From the human T2T-CHM13v2.0 reference genome, Homo sapiens, in assembly GCF_009914755.1 (NCBI RefSeq), contig NC_060936.1: a stretch of DNA of 64,000 nucleotides. One strand, written 5' to 3'. The notes beneath the pieces were generated by a model that did not search any database, was not told the DNA's origin, and was given only the letters and a program-made list of their open reading frames with translations. Shown one piece after another: positions 27,186 to 42,029 of the stretch (its first letter is position 1; each line of letters opens with the position of its first letter). The translations under genes and the position numbers were made by a program.

Positions 27186-29592
27186 GTATATATATATTTA
27201 TATATTATTTTTAAACCCAAATATTGTAATTTTCTGACTCTTAAAATAATCAGAACACCTTTTTTTTTTTAATTTGGTGGTACGTATGCACATAATTTAT
27301 ACAGTGATTGTACCACGTTGTTTGGCTGTATATTTAAAAGGAGAGAGCATAATGTACAGCTTTGTCCTGGCTCCATTTAAACTTGAGGTTGTATCTGCCT
27401 CCTGGAATATGTTGATGCAGATTGCACAGTGGAACCAACAGCTTAGGATCTACATCAGTGTAGTACAGTTAGACCCTTAGGTCATCAAAAGACTGCTGAT
27501 AGAATGATGAATGATGAAAACAGACTTTGGTCACTGTTACAGGTTTTTGTGATGAGATGGATAAAGAGAAATAGAGTTACAACAGTGCTTAGGTGTGAGG
27601 TAATTGAGACTAGATCTTGCTGACAATTCAGTTAAGAAACTACATGGAAAAGCCAAAACCACAACTATATCGAAAGGGGAAAAAAATGGCAAAGAAACGA
27701 CATAATAGAATAGTTGTCTTGAAATTTCCTGTTAAAAAGATGGGCTACTTATAAATAATACCCAACTTGAAGAAGATATAATGCAAGTAAATTTTAGTTT
27801 TCCTCACTGCTTCAGATCCACAGATGGGGGTCACTTCATTCTTTTATCCTTTTCCAGGGACAGGAATTTTATTTCCATGCCTCAAGCCCTGACAGCATTT
27901 TAGGTTGTGACAAAGGGGCAATCTCCCATGCTAAAACTTAACCCCATGCAGGGGTTTTGAAAATATCAGGGTTATATACATACTTGCAGTTCTGATTTAT
28001 AACATATTCATGCACATAAGCAGACTACAAATATGTGTTCATAATACACAGAAACTCTGAAAACTAAAATATGCATCATAGCTATGTGTTAGCAGATACA
28101 ATGGTCATCTTTCAGGCACCCCAGATGGTACTCTGTATTAACAGCATAATCTCTAAATTTGACGCTATGTAGTACAGACAATCATGGACCTGACAAGACT
28201 TCTTTTACCAACATTATATTTTGGTCTAAAAAGAGATGTTGTTTGTCTGATTAGAGGTGAGTCACTGGTGCTGAACAAGATTAGCTGTACATAATGTTCA
28301 AGAGACTCTCATTCTAAATAAAACACATGAATCCAGACATTGTTGGTAGATATTAACTGTTTGAAATGTTTGTGTTTAAACTACCTGTTCTTATTAAATA
28401 TAACAATGGCTTAATATACAATTTAATTGCATTTCCCCCAAAGTCCATCAATTGAGTAATTGAAAAAAAATTTTAAAAGGGGTTGGGGTTGAAAAACAGG
28501 AAAAACTATGTAGGTATAATTTCCTCATTTCTTTTTTAAAAAATGATAGCAGGACAATAACTTGCTCTAAAACATGTGCGTATTGGAAAGGAGAAGGCAG
28601 GGATTGGGAAAGAATTAGAAAACCTGCTGGAATTCTTTGCAATCATCTTAAACCATTGTGTATATATATTTTTAGTAATGGAAAACATACACTACTACTA
28701 AGATATTTATGGGATTGCAATAGAAGCCCATTTTCCATCATGGTCTTTCTGTGTTAAAAAGGAAAGAGTAGGCTCCTCCCAAGTTTAAGTCCCCTTTTAG
28801 TACTAGCATTTGACAACACCCTCAGGTTTCAAGTTTTCACTTTAGCAGACTACTACGAAACTCTCAAAAATGTTGGTGTTAAAGAGAATACCATCTGGTA
28901 AGAAGCAGGTTAATGAACAAGGAGGACTAGCAGTAAAGAGATTTTAGATTCAGGTGCATTTTAAACCAAACTGAAGTTACTTTTATGATAGCAGGCAGAT
29001 AAGCATCAGTGAAATACCACCAGCACCTCTGTAAAGGGAAAAAGAAGCAAGAATGCAATTAGGTACTGGAGTTGTCCATTTACTTAAATGGTTCCTGGAA
29101 AGGAAAAGGAGTCCTACGCCCATTGGATAGAAATGGAAACTAGCAGCCAATGGAACTAAATTGTGATTTTGTTCTTCTTTAAACCCTTTAAGAGAAACAT
29201 TTTGTTATACAGATAATTACTAGCACCTCCCAAAGACAATTGAACTGGTGGCAATGCCCAGAACATTCTTACTCTACCTTAATGTCATCATTGATCAATT
29301 TTATTTAATAATTGTGGTATGACTGTTGTTATTTACACAGCTGGAGTAAAATGTCTCCCTGTGTAGCATAAAGCCATATTTTTGTGTGCTTTTGTTCCTT
29401 CATGAGTATCACTTACCAGCTACCCATAATGACATCAGTTAGACTAGGAGTCCCTTGAGCTACAAAATTCTTGGAGTCTATGAGGTGCAAAAGACATGGT
29501 TTCTTCTTATAGAAAACAAACAACTGGAGATATCAGTTCTTGGCCAAAACGAAGTACCAGGGAACTGATTTTCTCCACCTGAAATTAATGTA

Positions 29593-29897
29593 GGCTGGAC
29601 TGTGGCTCACGCCTATAATCCCAGCACTTTTGGAGGCCGAGGCAGGCAGATCACATGAGGCCAGGAGTTCAAGACAAGCCTGGCCAACATGCCAAAACCC
29701 TGTCTCTACTAAAAACACAAAAATTAGCAAGCTGTGGTGGTTCACATCTCTAATCCCAGCTATTCGAGTGGCTGAGGCACAAGAAGGGCTTGAACTCAGG
29801 AGGTGGAGGTTGAAGTGAGCTGAGATGGCACTACTGCACTTCAGCCTGGGTGATAGAGTGAAACATTGTCTCTAGAAAAAAAAAAGAAAGAAAGAAA
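29593..29897 (+). mobile_element. Alu (old S / Sz-like)
   Basis: Full dimer with an A/GAAA tail. Confidence 0.92.
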
Positions 29898-29899
29898 TG

Positions 29900-31735
<1,836 letters not shown>

Positions 31736-32172
31736 GACATCTGCAATTGGCTTCACTCCTTTGATATAATTTAAATTATTTGGAAAAAAAAATAAATAAA
31801 TACTTGCATTACTTAGAATTAGCAAAGGATGGCCCAGGCTTTTCTGAGGTGTAAAGCCTCATCCTCCCCGACTTTTCCTCACACATAGTGCCCTAGCGTG
31901 GATTCATACCATATAACACGATGGTAGGTGGCAAACCTGTGCATTCTTTGTAGGAGTGCGGAAGGATCATCTCATCTCGTGTATCATATGTTACAGTGTC
32001 TCAATATAAAGGTGACTGCCTCCATAATATACAAATCATAGAAAAGAATTTCCCCCCGTTCTTACTGAAATTAAACTGTATCAGTTTCCTCATATCTAAA
32101 ACAAGAATATTTGTCTAGGTGATAGCTAATGTTCCTTGTTTGTCTGAAATCACATGAGCCTAATAAAAATGC

Positions 32173-32510
32173 TATATTTGTTCATTCTTGCATTGTTATA
32201 AAGAAATACCTGAGACCAGGCAATTTGTAAAGAAAAGAGATTTAATTAACTCGTGGTTCCACAGGTTGTACAGGAAGCATAGTAATTCTGCTTCTGGGGA
32301 GGCCTCAGGAAACTTACAATCATGGTAGAAGGCAAAAGGGAGCAGGCATGACTAATGTGACCAGAGCAGGAGCAAGAGAGAAATTGGGGGAAGGTGCCAC
32401 ACACTTTTAAATGACCAGATCACATGAGAACTCACTCACTATAATGAAAATAGCATCAACATTCACTCTCATGATCCAACCACCTCCTACCAGGCACCAC
32501 CTCCACCATT
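32173..32510 (-). mobile_element. MSTA LTR, truncated
   Basis: 'ataaagaaatacctgagac...gaggcctcaggaaacttacaatcatgg...ccacacacttttaaatgaccagatc'. Confidence 0.85.
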
Positions 32511-32602
32511 TGGGTGGTTTCTATCCTAAATGCAAGGTTTAAAGCAGGGTAGTAATATCAGCTAGTCTTCGTTTTTAAAAGATCACTAATTTTTGGTTAG
32601 AG

Positions 32603-32885
32603 CAGAGCTGTCCCATAGAAATATATTGAAAGACACATTGAAAATTTAAATTTTCTATTGGTTACATTTTAAAAAGGAAAATGAAACAAATCAAATTAAT
32701 TTTGATAATATAGTTTATTTGACCCCACACACCCAAAGTATTATTGTATCATTATATAATCCATGTAAAATTTTACTATTAAGACATCTTACATTCTTTC
32801 TTCATATGAAGTGTTTGAAATTTAATGTGTATTTTATACTTACAGCACTTCTTAGTTCACACTAGCACCGTACTAGACAGAGAAG
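32603..32885. mobile_element. MER33 (hAT MITE) nested in L2
   Basis: 'cagagctgtcccatagaaatata...tgtgtattttatacttacagcac...ccgtactagacag'. Confidence 0.75.
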
Positions 32886-33786
32886 CTCACTGGAATGAAG
32901 TGGAGGAGACTGGAGTGGATGCAGATCCCAGTCCAGAGATTACTTCAGAAGTCCCTGAGAAAGATAAGGACTGCTTGGATTAAGATAGTAACAATAGAGA
33001 TGGCCGAAAGTGAACAGATTTGAGATTAGTTTGAAGGGAATTAAGAACCATGAAATGAAGGAATGTGAGGAACAGCATTAAAAGGCAAATTACAACAGAA
33101 ATAAACTGTAAGATAATTCTAAGAATGCTCCTCATTAATACTTTGGTCCTCAATTTTCTCTTTGTGGAAGGGCCTTATTAGCAGGCTACATATTTTAACT
33201 GTCATGTATGATTTTATTTTCTTTCTTATACTTACTTTTATTTTTGATCAGCTACTTTTCTGTGTTGGTCTGCTTCAAAATTCCTGCTTCTTTATCTATT
33301 CATCAATTTATTTAATTTGACTTCATTTTACAATTATTATTGAGTGACTAATTTGTGCTAGGTCTTATGCTAAACATTGGGAAGATAAAGAAAAATAAGA
33401 AAAGATACTAGTCATAGCTTTTCTTCTTTCTATATTTCAAGGGAGGCCATTTCATCAGAGACTCTAACCTACAGCCTGCTGGGTAGGGGTTCTGGGAAGT
33501 GTAGTTCCCAGTCTTCTCCCCTGCAAGGCAAGGGAAAGTATAGAGAGTGGGCACAGGCTAAGTTGAAATATATACCTAGATACCTGTACATTAGACATGT
33601 TTTTGCCTCTGGGGTAAGATAGTGTATGGCTGTAAACCTCAAATACTCAGTATCAATTTTGTACTCCCAAGTAAATTTTTCAGTTACATTTCTAACATTT
33701 ATGTCTTGAATGATGTTATTGTTTCTTTCACCAGAATCAGAAAGTATCTTAAGAAGTTTGAAGGTCATTAAGCCCTAAAAAAGTAT

Positions 33787-34363
33787 TGAGACTGAATATT
33801 CAAACAGCCAATGGCCAGAACATATACAAAATTAGAATTCTGATCCATAACCTGCAGCAACCTGCTCAGGAAACCAACCTTACATATAATAAACCTTACA
33901 TGCAATAAACATGCAATAAACAACCCAGAAAGCTAGCCTGCTAAAAGTCAAATTCACAGGAAACCACATTACTATCTCCAGTGACAATCCAGGAAGCTAA
34001 ACAATAACTTTTGTAACCATCAGCCCCAAATGGCCAGGACTTGATTAATAGCTGACAGTTTTCCTATTTTTTGCCTCCCCACTTCATTTCCAACTAATGA
34101 CCAATCAGAGAAAGTTAAATATGGACCCCTAACCAATCACACAGGGTGCCCCACCCCTAGTTAGCCTGCTTACAGCTTCCCCATGAAACAGCCTCCCATC
34201 AGGGCATACCCAGAGCCTTCCCTTTTTCAACTACAAAGCTTTCTCACTCCCCTGCCTGCCTTTGAGTTTTTGCCGAAGTGCAAGCAATGATGGCTAACTT
34301 CTTTACCATAGCAAGTTCAAAGTAAATAGCCTTGGCTTTTCTAATTTGGTTTTTATTCCCACA
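33787..34363 (+). mobile_element. Solo LTR, MER77/MER21-group-like
   Basis: TG...CA ends; 'tagaattctgatccataacctgcagcaacc..caggaaaccaacc', 'caatccaggaagctaaacaataac', 'cctaaccaatcac'. Confidence 0.7.
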
Positions 34364-34454
34364 TTATTGATCAAGCTAGCATTTGATCTGAAAATAAGCT
34401 GTATTTGGTAAAGGAAACAAGACATTATTTCCTGAAACCATTTTTTTCTCATAT

Positions 34455-34660
34455 ATAGCAGGCAGTATGCCACAGTGGTTAAGTACTTGAATTCTGGAAT
34501 TAGAAAAGCAATCAGACTTCAGATCCCATCATTTTCACTTTCTAGCTGTGTTTTATCAGACTAATTGCTTAGCTTTGATAGCCTTGGTTTTCTCATCAAT
34601 AAAATGGGTAAAATAATGGTATCTATTCTTTAGGGTTATGGGGAGGATTAAAGTAGGTGA
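34455..34660 (+). mobile_element. MIR SINE
   Basis: 'aggcagtatgccacagtggttaag...gccttggttttctcatcaataaaatgggtaaaataatggtatcta'. Confidence 0.75.
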
Positions 34661-34719
34661 TTAACTGCATTATCTAATTTAGTATTATCATTAGTTTCTC
34701 TTTCCAACCTCATGACCTC

Positions 34720-37009
34720 TGATATAGTTTGGATATTTGTCCTTGCCCAAATCTCATGTTGAAATGTAATCCCCAATGTTGGAGGTGGGGCCTGGTGGGA
34801 GGTGTTTGGATCACGGGGGTGGATCCCTCATGAATGACTTGGGCTTTCCCCTTAGTGAGAAGTGAGCTCTCATTCTGAGTTCACACAAGATCTGGTCACT
34901 TAAAAGTGAGTGGCACCTTCCCGCAACTCTCTCTCTCTTGCTCCTGCTTTTGCCATGTGATGTGCCTGCTCCCCCTTTGCCTTCTGCCATGACTGGAAAC
35001 TTCCTGAGGCCTCCCTAGAAGCTGAGCAGATGCCAGTAGCATGCTTCTTGTAAAGCCTGCAAAACTGTGAACCGATTAAATCTCTTTTCTTTATAAATTA
35101 TCTAGTCTCAGGTAATTCTTTGTAGCAATGCAAGAATGGCTTAGTAAAATAAATTGGTACCAAGGAATGGGACATTGCTATTAAAATACCTGAAAATGTG
35201 ACAGCAGCTTTGGAACCGGGCAATGGGCAGAGGTTGGAAGAGTTTGGAGGGCTCAGAAGAATACAGGAAGATGAGGGAAAGTTTGGAACTTCTTAGAGAC
35301 TAGCTAAATAGTTGTGACCAAAATGCTGAAAGTGAAGTCCAGGCTGCTGAGGTCTCAGATGGAAATGAGGAATTTATTGGGAATTGGAGCAAAGGTCACA
35401 TATGTTATGCCTTAGCAAAGAACTTGGCTGCATTGTGTTCCTGCCCTAGGGATCTGTGGAAGTTTGAACTTTACAGTGATGATTTAGGGTATCTGGCAGA
35501 AGAAATTTCTAAGCAACAAAGCATTCAAGATGTGGCCTGGTTGCTTCTGACAGTGGAAGCAAAGAAATGACTTAAAGTTGGAATTTATATTTAAAAGGGA
35601 AGCAGAGCATAAAAGTTTGGAAAATTTGCAGCCTAGCCATGTGGCAAAGAAAGAAAAAGCTTTTTCAGGAGAGGATTTCAAGCAGGCTGAGGAGCAAACA
35701 CTTGCTAGAGAAATTTACATGACTGAAAATGAGCCAAGTGCTAATAACAAAGATAATGGGAAAAAGGCTTCAAAGGCATTTTGGAGATTTCCCATGCAGC
35801 CCCTCCTATCACAGGCCCTGAGGCCTAGGAGGACTGAATGGTTTTGTGGGCCAGGCCCAGGTCCCTGCTGCCCTGCACACCCTTGGGACAAGCTCCCTGC
35901 ATCCAAGCTGCTCCAGCTCCAGCTGTGGCTCAAAGGGGCCCTTGTACAGCTCAGGCTGCCACTTTAGAGAATGCAAGCCATAATCTTTGGCAGTTCCCAC
36001 ATGGTGTTAAGCCTGCAGGTGCACAGAGGGCAAGAGTAAATATGGCTTGGTAGCCTCTGCCTAGATTTCAGAGGATGTGTGACAGAGCCTGGGTGCCTAG
36101 GTAGAAGCCTGCTGTAGGGGTGGAGCTTCCACAGACCACCTCTACTACAGCCATGTGGCGGGAAAATGTGGGTTTGGAGCCCCACACAGAGTCTCCAATG
36201 GGGCACTGTCTTGTGAAGCTGTGGGAAGAAGGCTGATGTCCTCCAGGCCCCAGAATGGTAAATCCACCAGCAGCCTGCACCTTGTACCTGGAAAAGCTGC
36301 AGGTACTCACCTCTAACCCATGAAGGCAGCTGTGCAGGCTATACTCTGAAAAACCACAGGAGTGGAGCTGCCTAAGACCTTGGGAGCCCACCCTTTGTAC
36401 AAATGTTCCCTGGATGGAGTCAAAGGACATGGAGTCAAAGGAGATTATTTTAGAGCTTTAAGATTTAATGACTGCCCTGCTGGGTTTCAGATGTGCATGG
36501 GGCCTATTGCCCCTTTCTGTTGGCCAGTTTCTTCCCTTGGGATGTGAATGTTTACTCAATGCCTGTACCACCATTGTATTTGGGTGGTAAATAAATTGTT
36601 TTGATTTTGTAGGCTCATAGGTGGAAAGAGATGAGTCTTAGATGAGATTCCAGACTTTCAACTTGATGTTGAAATAAGAGGACATGAAGTTTAGGGAGCA
36701 GTGGGTAGAATTATATGGTTTAGCTATCTGTCCCTTCCAAATCTCATGTGGAAATGTAATCCCCAGTGCTGGAGGTGGGGCCTGGTGGAAGGTGATTTGA
36801 TCATGGGGATGGGTCCTTCCTGAATGGTTTAGCACCTTTGCTTTCCATCATGATTGCAAGCTTCCTGAGGCCTCCTTAGAAGCTGAGCAGATGCCAGAGT
36901 CATGTTTCTTGTAAAGCCTGCAGAACCATGAGTCAATTAAACCTCTTTTCTTTATAAATTACCCAGTCTTGGGCATTTCTTGATAACAATGCAACAATAG
37001 CTTAATACA
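34720..37009 (+). mobile_element. Full-length MST (MSTA/MSTB) MaLR provirus: 5' LTR 34720-35148, internal 35149-36710, 3' LTR 36711-37009
   Basis: Two direct LTRs; MST/THE1-type internal region ('aaattggtacc', 'gggcagaggttggaagagtttggagggctcagaag'); TSD acctc/acttc. Confidence 0.92.
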
Positions 37010-37230
37010 ACTTCCATCCTGGTCCACACATAAATTACCTCTTAACCTATATCCCTTTATCAGATCCTTCCTTCAGCCCATCCAACAAGAAACAATCAAA
37101 TAAGTCTTCCTTAATTGTTATTGAATTGTCTCATTCCATTACTCAAAAATACCCAGGACCTTAAACACATTCAAACCCGTCTTTCTGAATCTTCTCATGC
37201 TCTCCCTTAAAAGAATGACTCTGTGCTAGC

Positions 37231-37233
<3 letters not shown>

Positions 37234-37263
<30 letters not shown>
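37234..37263 (+). repeat. (CA)n microsatellite
   Basis: About 15 AC units. Confidence 0.95.
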
Positions 37264-37266
<3 letters not shown>

Positions 37267-39643
37267 TATTCATTAGTCTAGAAGTGTCCCCCAAAGTCCT
37301 ATCCCCAAAACTGTTTCCCTTCACTGCTCATGTTTGGAATGAACCACACCTTTCTCAATATCTGAATACTACATTTCATTTATGCTCCAGCTCAAATCCT
37401 TTCTCTCCCTTAAAGTCATATTAGGCCACTGCATTCCACAGCAACTTCCTGTCCCTGGAAGTCTAATCTTTTACAAGACTCATTGAATCATATTCTGATT
37501 TTCAGTATATTTAATTTTTCGTGTGCATATGTCAAAACCTCAGTGAGAGGATAACATTCCTGAAGGTAGGGACAATCATTTATTCCTTTTCCTTTTTATG
37601 TATTGCCATATAGCCAAGTATAATAACAATTATTGTTATTCAAGGCTAACTGTATTTATGGTACTGTGCCAAACACTTCATTTTATCTTATTTAATTCAC
37701 CCCAGAACTCTTGAGGGAGGGACTAGAATTAGCAATTTATCAGGTGAGAACATTTAAGCACAGAGAATTTGAGTTAGAGGAGTTAGTAAGGTGGTTTGGA
37801 ACCACTTAGGTATGTCTGACTCTACAGCTTATGCAATTAATTAGCATTTTATAGATTGGTTAAACATATCGCTTTATGAGATCTTACTGGACACATATAC
37901 AAATTTTCTTTCAAAGGCTTCTGGGGAAACCCAAATACAGGATTCATTTTAGAGATTATATATTTCACAACAGAATTAAGTTTCTAAGACATTTTTCTTG
38001 AATTTGTATTGGAAATCTTAAAATAATCAGAAAAGCATCAAAAAATACATTTATTTAGTCTCATGGTTGTTCAGAATTGAGACACAGGAGAATAAATCAT
38101 GGGAGGCCATGTGACACCTTTGTGTTCTCCATTCATATTTTGAATGAGACTTGGGAACCACTCTTTACTGTTGGGTTTTAGGCTACTTGCCGAGGTCTCA
38201 GCTAAGGAGAGGAATAATTGTAATTTATAACATTTTAATAATATATAAAGATCAAAATTAACATAAAATTTTAAATATTGAATATTCCATGAAGTTTTTG
38301 TGTGAAATAGAGAGTTGTTTTGTTTTGTTTTGCTTTTACTTGTCTTTCTCAATAATTTCAGTGCATTCATTTTTTAAATGCTGTGGGGAGGTAGAAGTAT
38401 GGTAAAGTTATAATGAACCTTGTCTAAGATATCTTACAGTTTTAGATTCTTTAATCAGAGAAGTGCATGAACTCTCTTGAGCCTTACTGAATTTTAAAAG
38501 AAGCCAACCGAATTCAAAAACTTCACCATTCAAGGATATTAAACTGAACTTACCCTTTCTGTGATGCATAGTAAATAAAATTGGGAAAATCTGAACCTGA
38601 TAAAGAAACTCTACTCCAAAAAGTGCAATGTCCAACAGAAATCATTCCCAAAATATACTTAAAATATTAAAAGGCCATATTTTTATTTTATTCTTGTTTG
38701 TTCTATAAAAATACAAACGGATAGGAAGGAAATGATCATTTCAATCAACATTCAGTGGTAATTAAAAGCAATCGTAGTCCTTGGGCTGTTTCTTTCAAAT
38801 ATGATCCAGTGATCAGAAGGAATTGGAAATGATTACATTTTAACTCAAAACACATTTCCATCCAGAACTGAGCTTCCAAGCATGAAAAAGGCACAGTGGT
38901 GGCCCCTGTTTGTGTTTCCATCTGGGGCTCTAATTTGAACTTCAGTGATTATTCTGCCAGATTTCTGACTGTGCAGAGATTCAGAAAGTCAAAGCAAGCA
39001 TATTCTTGTATGCTGTTTCATGCAAAAAAAATAAAATTGCACCAATTACCATGTTTGCATTTTGTAGAATGGCTCTATTTAAATGGATTATATGTTAAAC
39101 AAGAGCATTTGTAAAATTCACAGCTCAAAGTTAATCTGGCTTTATCCCAGGCACCCAATCTGAAAAGTAAGTGATTGTAATCACACTGAGAAAGGAAGTT
39201 AGCAACAGTTTATATTGAAAAACAATCTGGATCAATTAAATTTAGCTTGATTTTCAAATTAAGAAATATATCCCATGGTTGGTCTTCCATTTGACTTCTT
39301 CAAACCCCATTAAAAATGCTCATCTCTTTCTGATATTCTGTTAGTGCTTCTAGAATGACATGGTCATTAATGATAAGGATAAAAGCAGAGAAAAATATAA
39401 AGCCTCATGCCAGGAATTAGTCTTACAAAACACCTGGAGGCCGTTGTATTGCTCTGACTTCACTGCTCCTGGCACTGGGAATTTCTGTTTTCTGTGGCCA
39501 GGAGAGAACAGTGAAGTCATGAATGTTTTGATGGGAAAGAAAAGAAGATGGCTTTGTGGGCCCTAAGGAGATTGACAACTTACTATATTTGATGTGAAAT
39601 GCACAATCCTTTTATTTTCTTTGTCCAAATGCCCATGACTCTC

Positions 39644-40194
39644 TGTTAGAAATAGATAATCGGTGCCACGAAGAAAAGTCAGCACGGAGACAAAGGACCT
39701 CTCAGCAAGGCAATCTTTGCTTTCTGCAGAAAGGGTGCTCCATGCATTTGGAACAATGGCAAGGCCACACCTGAACAAAGAAAAAACAGACATATTTATC
39801 CCTTATGCATTTGGGTCATCCTTACTGCTGTGTCCTGCATCCATTGGCTGAAGCTAGACCTTACATTCTTAAACTGATACCTGATTTGCTAATAACCTAA
39901 AACTTTCCTAAATAGGTAAGTGCATGGGAGAACAAAGAAGGAGAGGAAGTTGCTTATGAAAGGTTTAAGGAAGCAATAACATTTCCAAATAAGGAAGGGG
40001 CATAAGCTATGAGCTGAGAACTTGCCTGGGCCTGTCCAGTCATGCCTGAGTAAGTCAAAGCAACTAACTGGGCTAAAGTGTAAGAACTAATAGTTGATAG
40101 GAGGCTTTAGAGTAAGAAGCTATTATTCCTAGTGTCTATTATTTTATTTTTAAACTAAGACAAGCTTTGAAGAGGAACTTTTCTACTTTCTACA
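39644..40194 (-). mobile_element. LTR10 family (HERV-I) solo LTR, LTR10B/D/E-like
   Basis: Minus strand begins 'tgtagaaagtagaaaagttcctcttcaaagc' and ends 'attatctatttctaaca'; flanks ctctc/atctc. Confidence 0.8.
40018..40047. promoter_or_regulatory. Candidate p53 response element (three contiguous half-sites)
   Basis: GAACTTGCCT (perfect RRRCWWGYYY), GGGCCTGTCC and AGTCATGCCT (one mismatch each), no spacers, inside LTR10. Confidence 0.7.
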
Positions 40195-40588
40195 ATCTCT
40201 ACTCTTGATTCTTATACTGGGAATTCTAATAGTTACTTAGAATATTTAGTATATTTACTTAAATATTCTAAGTCACTATTAATATTATACATAAGATTGT
40301 AAAATAACAGAATAATATTACTACCTCTATCCATAAACATTTAGTGACTCTTTATTACCAAAATATTTTTCTCTGGAAGATAAGGAAGAGAAACGCTCTA
40401 ATGGGAAAGGCAGACTGATTCTTAGGAACAAGTCAACATTCTCAGGTGGCATGTTCTTTTTATTCTTTCATTTCCTTTCCTTTCACAAACATCTATATGA
40501 TGTGTCCTATTGCCAGGCACTGTTCTAAGCACTTTACAAATATTAATTCATTTAAAGTCTCATGTCAATGCCATAGAGTTGTACCTTC

Positions 40589-40893
<305 letters not shown>

Positions 40894-41705
40894 TAGTACT
40901 ATTTTTAACCTCACCTTACAGATAATGAAACTGAAACACAGAGAAGTTAAGTGAGTTACCCAAGATCATACAATTGTAGAGCCAAGATTTTGAAACACTG
41001 TGTTCTGGCTCTTGTTGCTTAGACACTCTCATGGTGCAACAAGCTTGTCGCACACGGAGACCATCAATAAAAGCTGTTTGACAACATGAGGTTTGAGAGC
41101 AAATGGTAAAGTAATTTTAGGTTAGGTTGTATAAATTGTATAGCTTAGCAATGTTTGTTATATTAAAAGGTCAAATCTTTTAATGCTGCCATCCAATCTA
41201 TAGCTGCATGTATGTGCTAAGAAAAGTGTATATCAGTCAGATGATCTGTCTATATGACTTTTCTTACTAGCATGATGTAATAAGGATAGATCTTTAGAAC
41301 ATAGTGCTAAGATGAAAAATAGGAAATAAATTTATATGCATTTATCGCAATACTATTTCTGCAAATTAAAAATATGTGCAACATAAAATCATTATATATA
41401 TTTTACAAGTACATATACCAGAAAAAAATTATACACAGAAAACACATTAAAAGAGTTGTTTATGAGAGGAGACAAATGGGAAGAGAGGATGGGGATAAGA
41501 GGGAATAAGTAAAACAGGAACAGAGGCTTAAAGGGATCTTTCATCATGGACTAAGGCTTGTGATTAATTTAACCTTCTTATAACAGGTCTAAAGCAGGGA
41601 AAAAGCATCTATCTAACCACTTATCCATGCATATATATGTTCCTCTTATCTATGCACGCATGCATGCAAACAAGGGAAAATGAAATTGTTTTATGTGTTG
41701 CTGAT

Positions 41706-42025
41706 TGTGATGGTTAGTTTTATGTGTTAGCTTGATTGGGCCGTAAGATGCCTGGATATTTGGCCAAACATTATTCTGGGTCTGTCTGTCAGGGTGTTTC
41801 TGGATGAGATCCATATTTGAATCAGTAGACTGAGTAAAGCAGATTTCTCTCCCCAGTGTGGGTGGGCCTCATCGAGTCCACTGAAGGCCTGAATAGAACA
41901 AAATCCTGAGTAAGGGAGAATTTTCTCTCTGCCTGACTGTCTTGTAGCTGAGACAGTGGTCTTCTCCTTACGCATGGAACTCAAACTGAAACTTGGACAC
42001 CGTCAGCTCTCTTGGTTCTCAAGTC
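41706..42025 (+). mobile_element. MLT2 (C/D-like) LTR, 3'-truncated
   Basis: 'tgtgatggttagttttatgtgttagcttgattgggcc...gaatcagtagactgagtaaagcagat'. Confidence 0.85.
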
Positions 42026-42029
42026 TAAA

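Noticed and set aside
27259-27480. T12 run possibly marking a minus-strand processed pseudogene
   Set aside because: No TSD, polyA signal or recognisable parent transcript found.
35484-36547. Cluster of overlapping ORFs (up to 129 aa)
   Set aside because: Decayed MaLR internal region with no intact reading frame.
38554-38596. Possible 43-nt minus-strand exon (tttatcag|...|gtaagt)
   Set aside because: Splice signals look plausible, but the peptide is unrecognisable and no partner exons were found; such pairs arise by chance in 64 kb.
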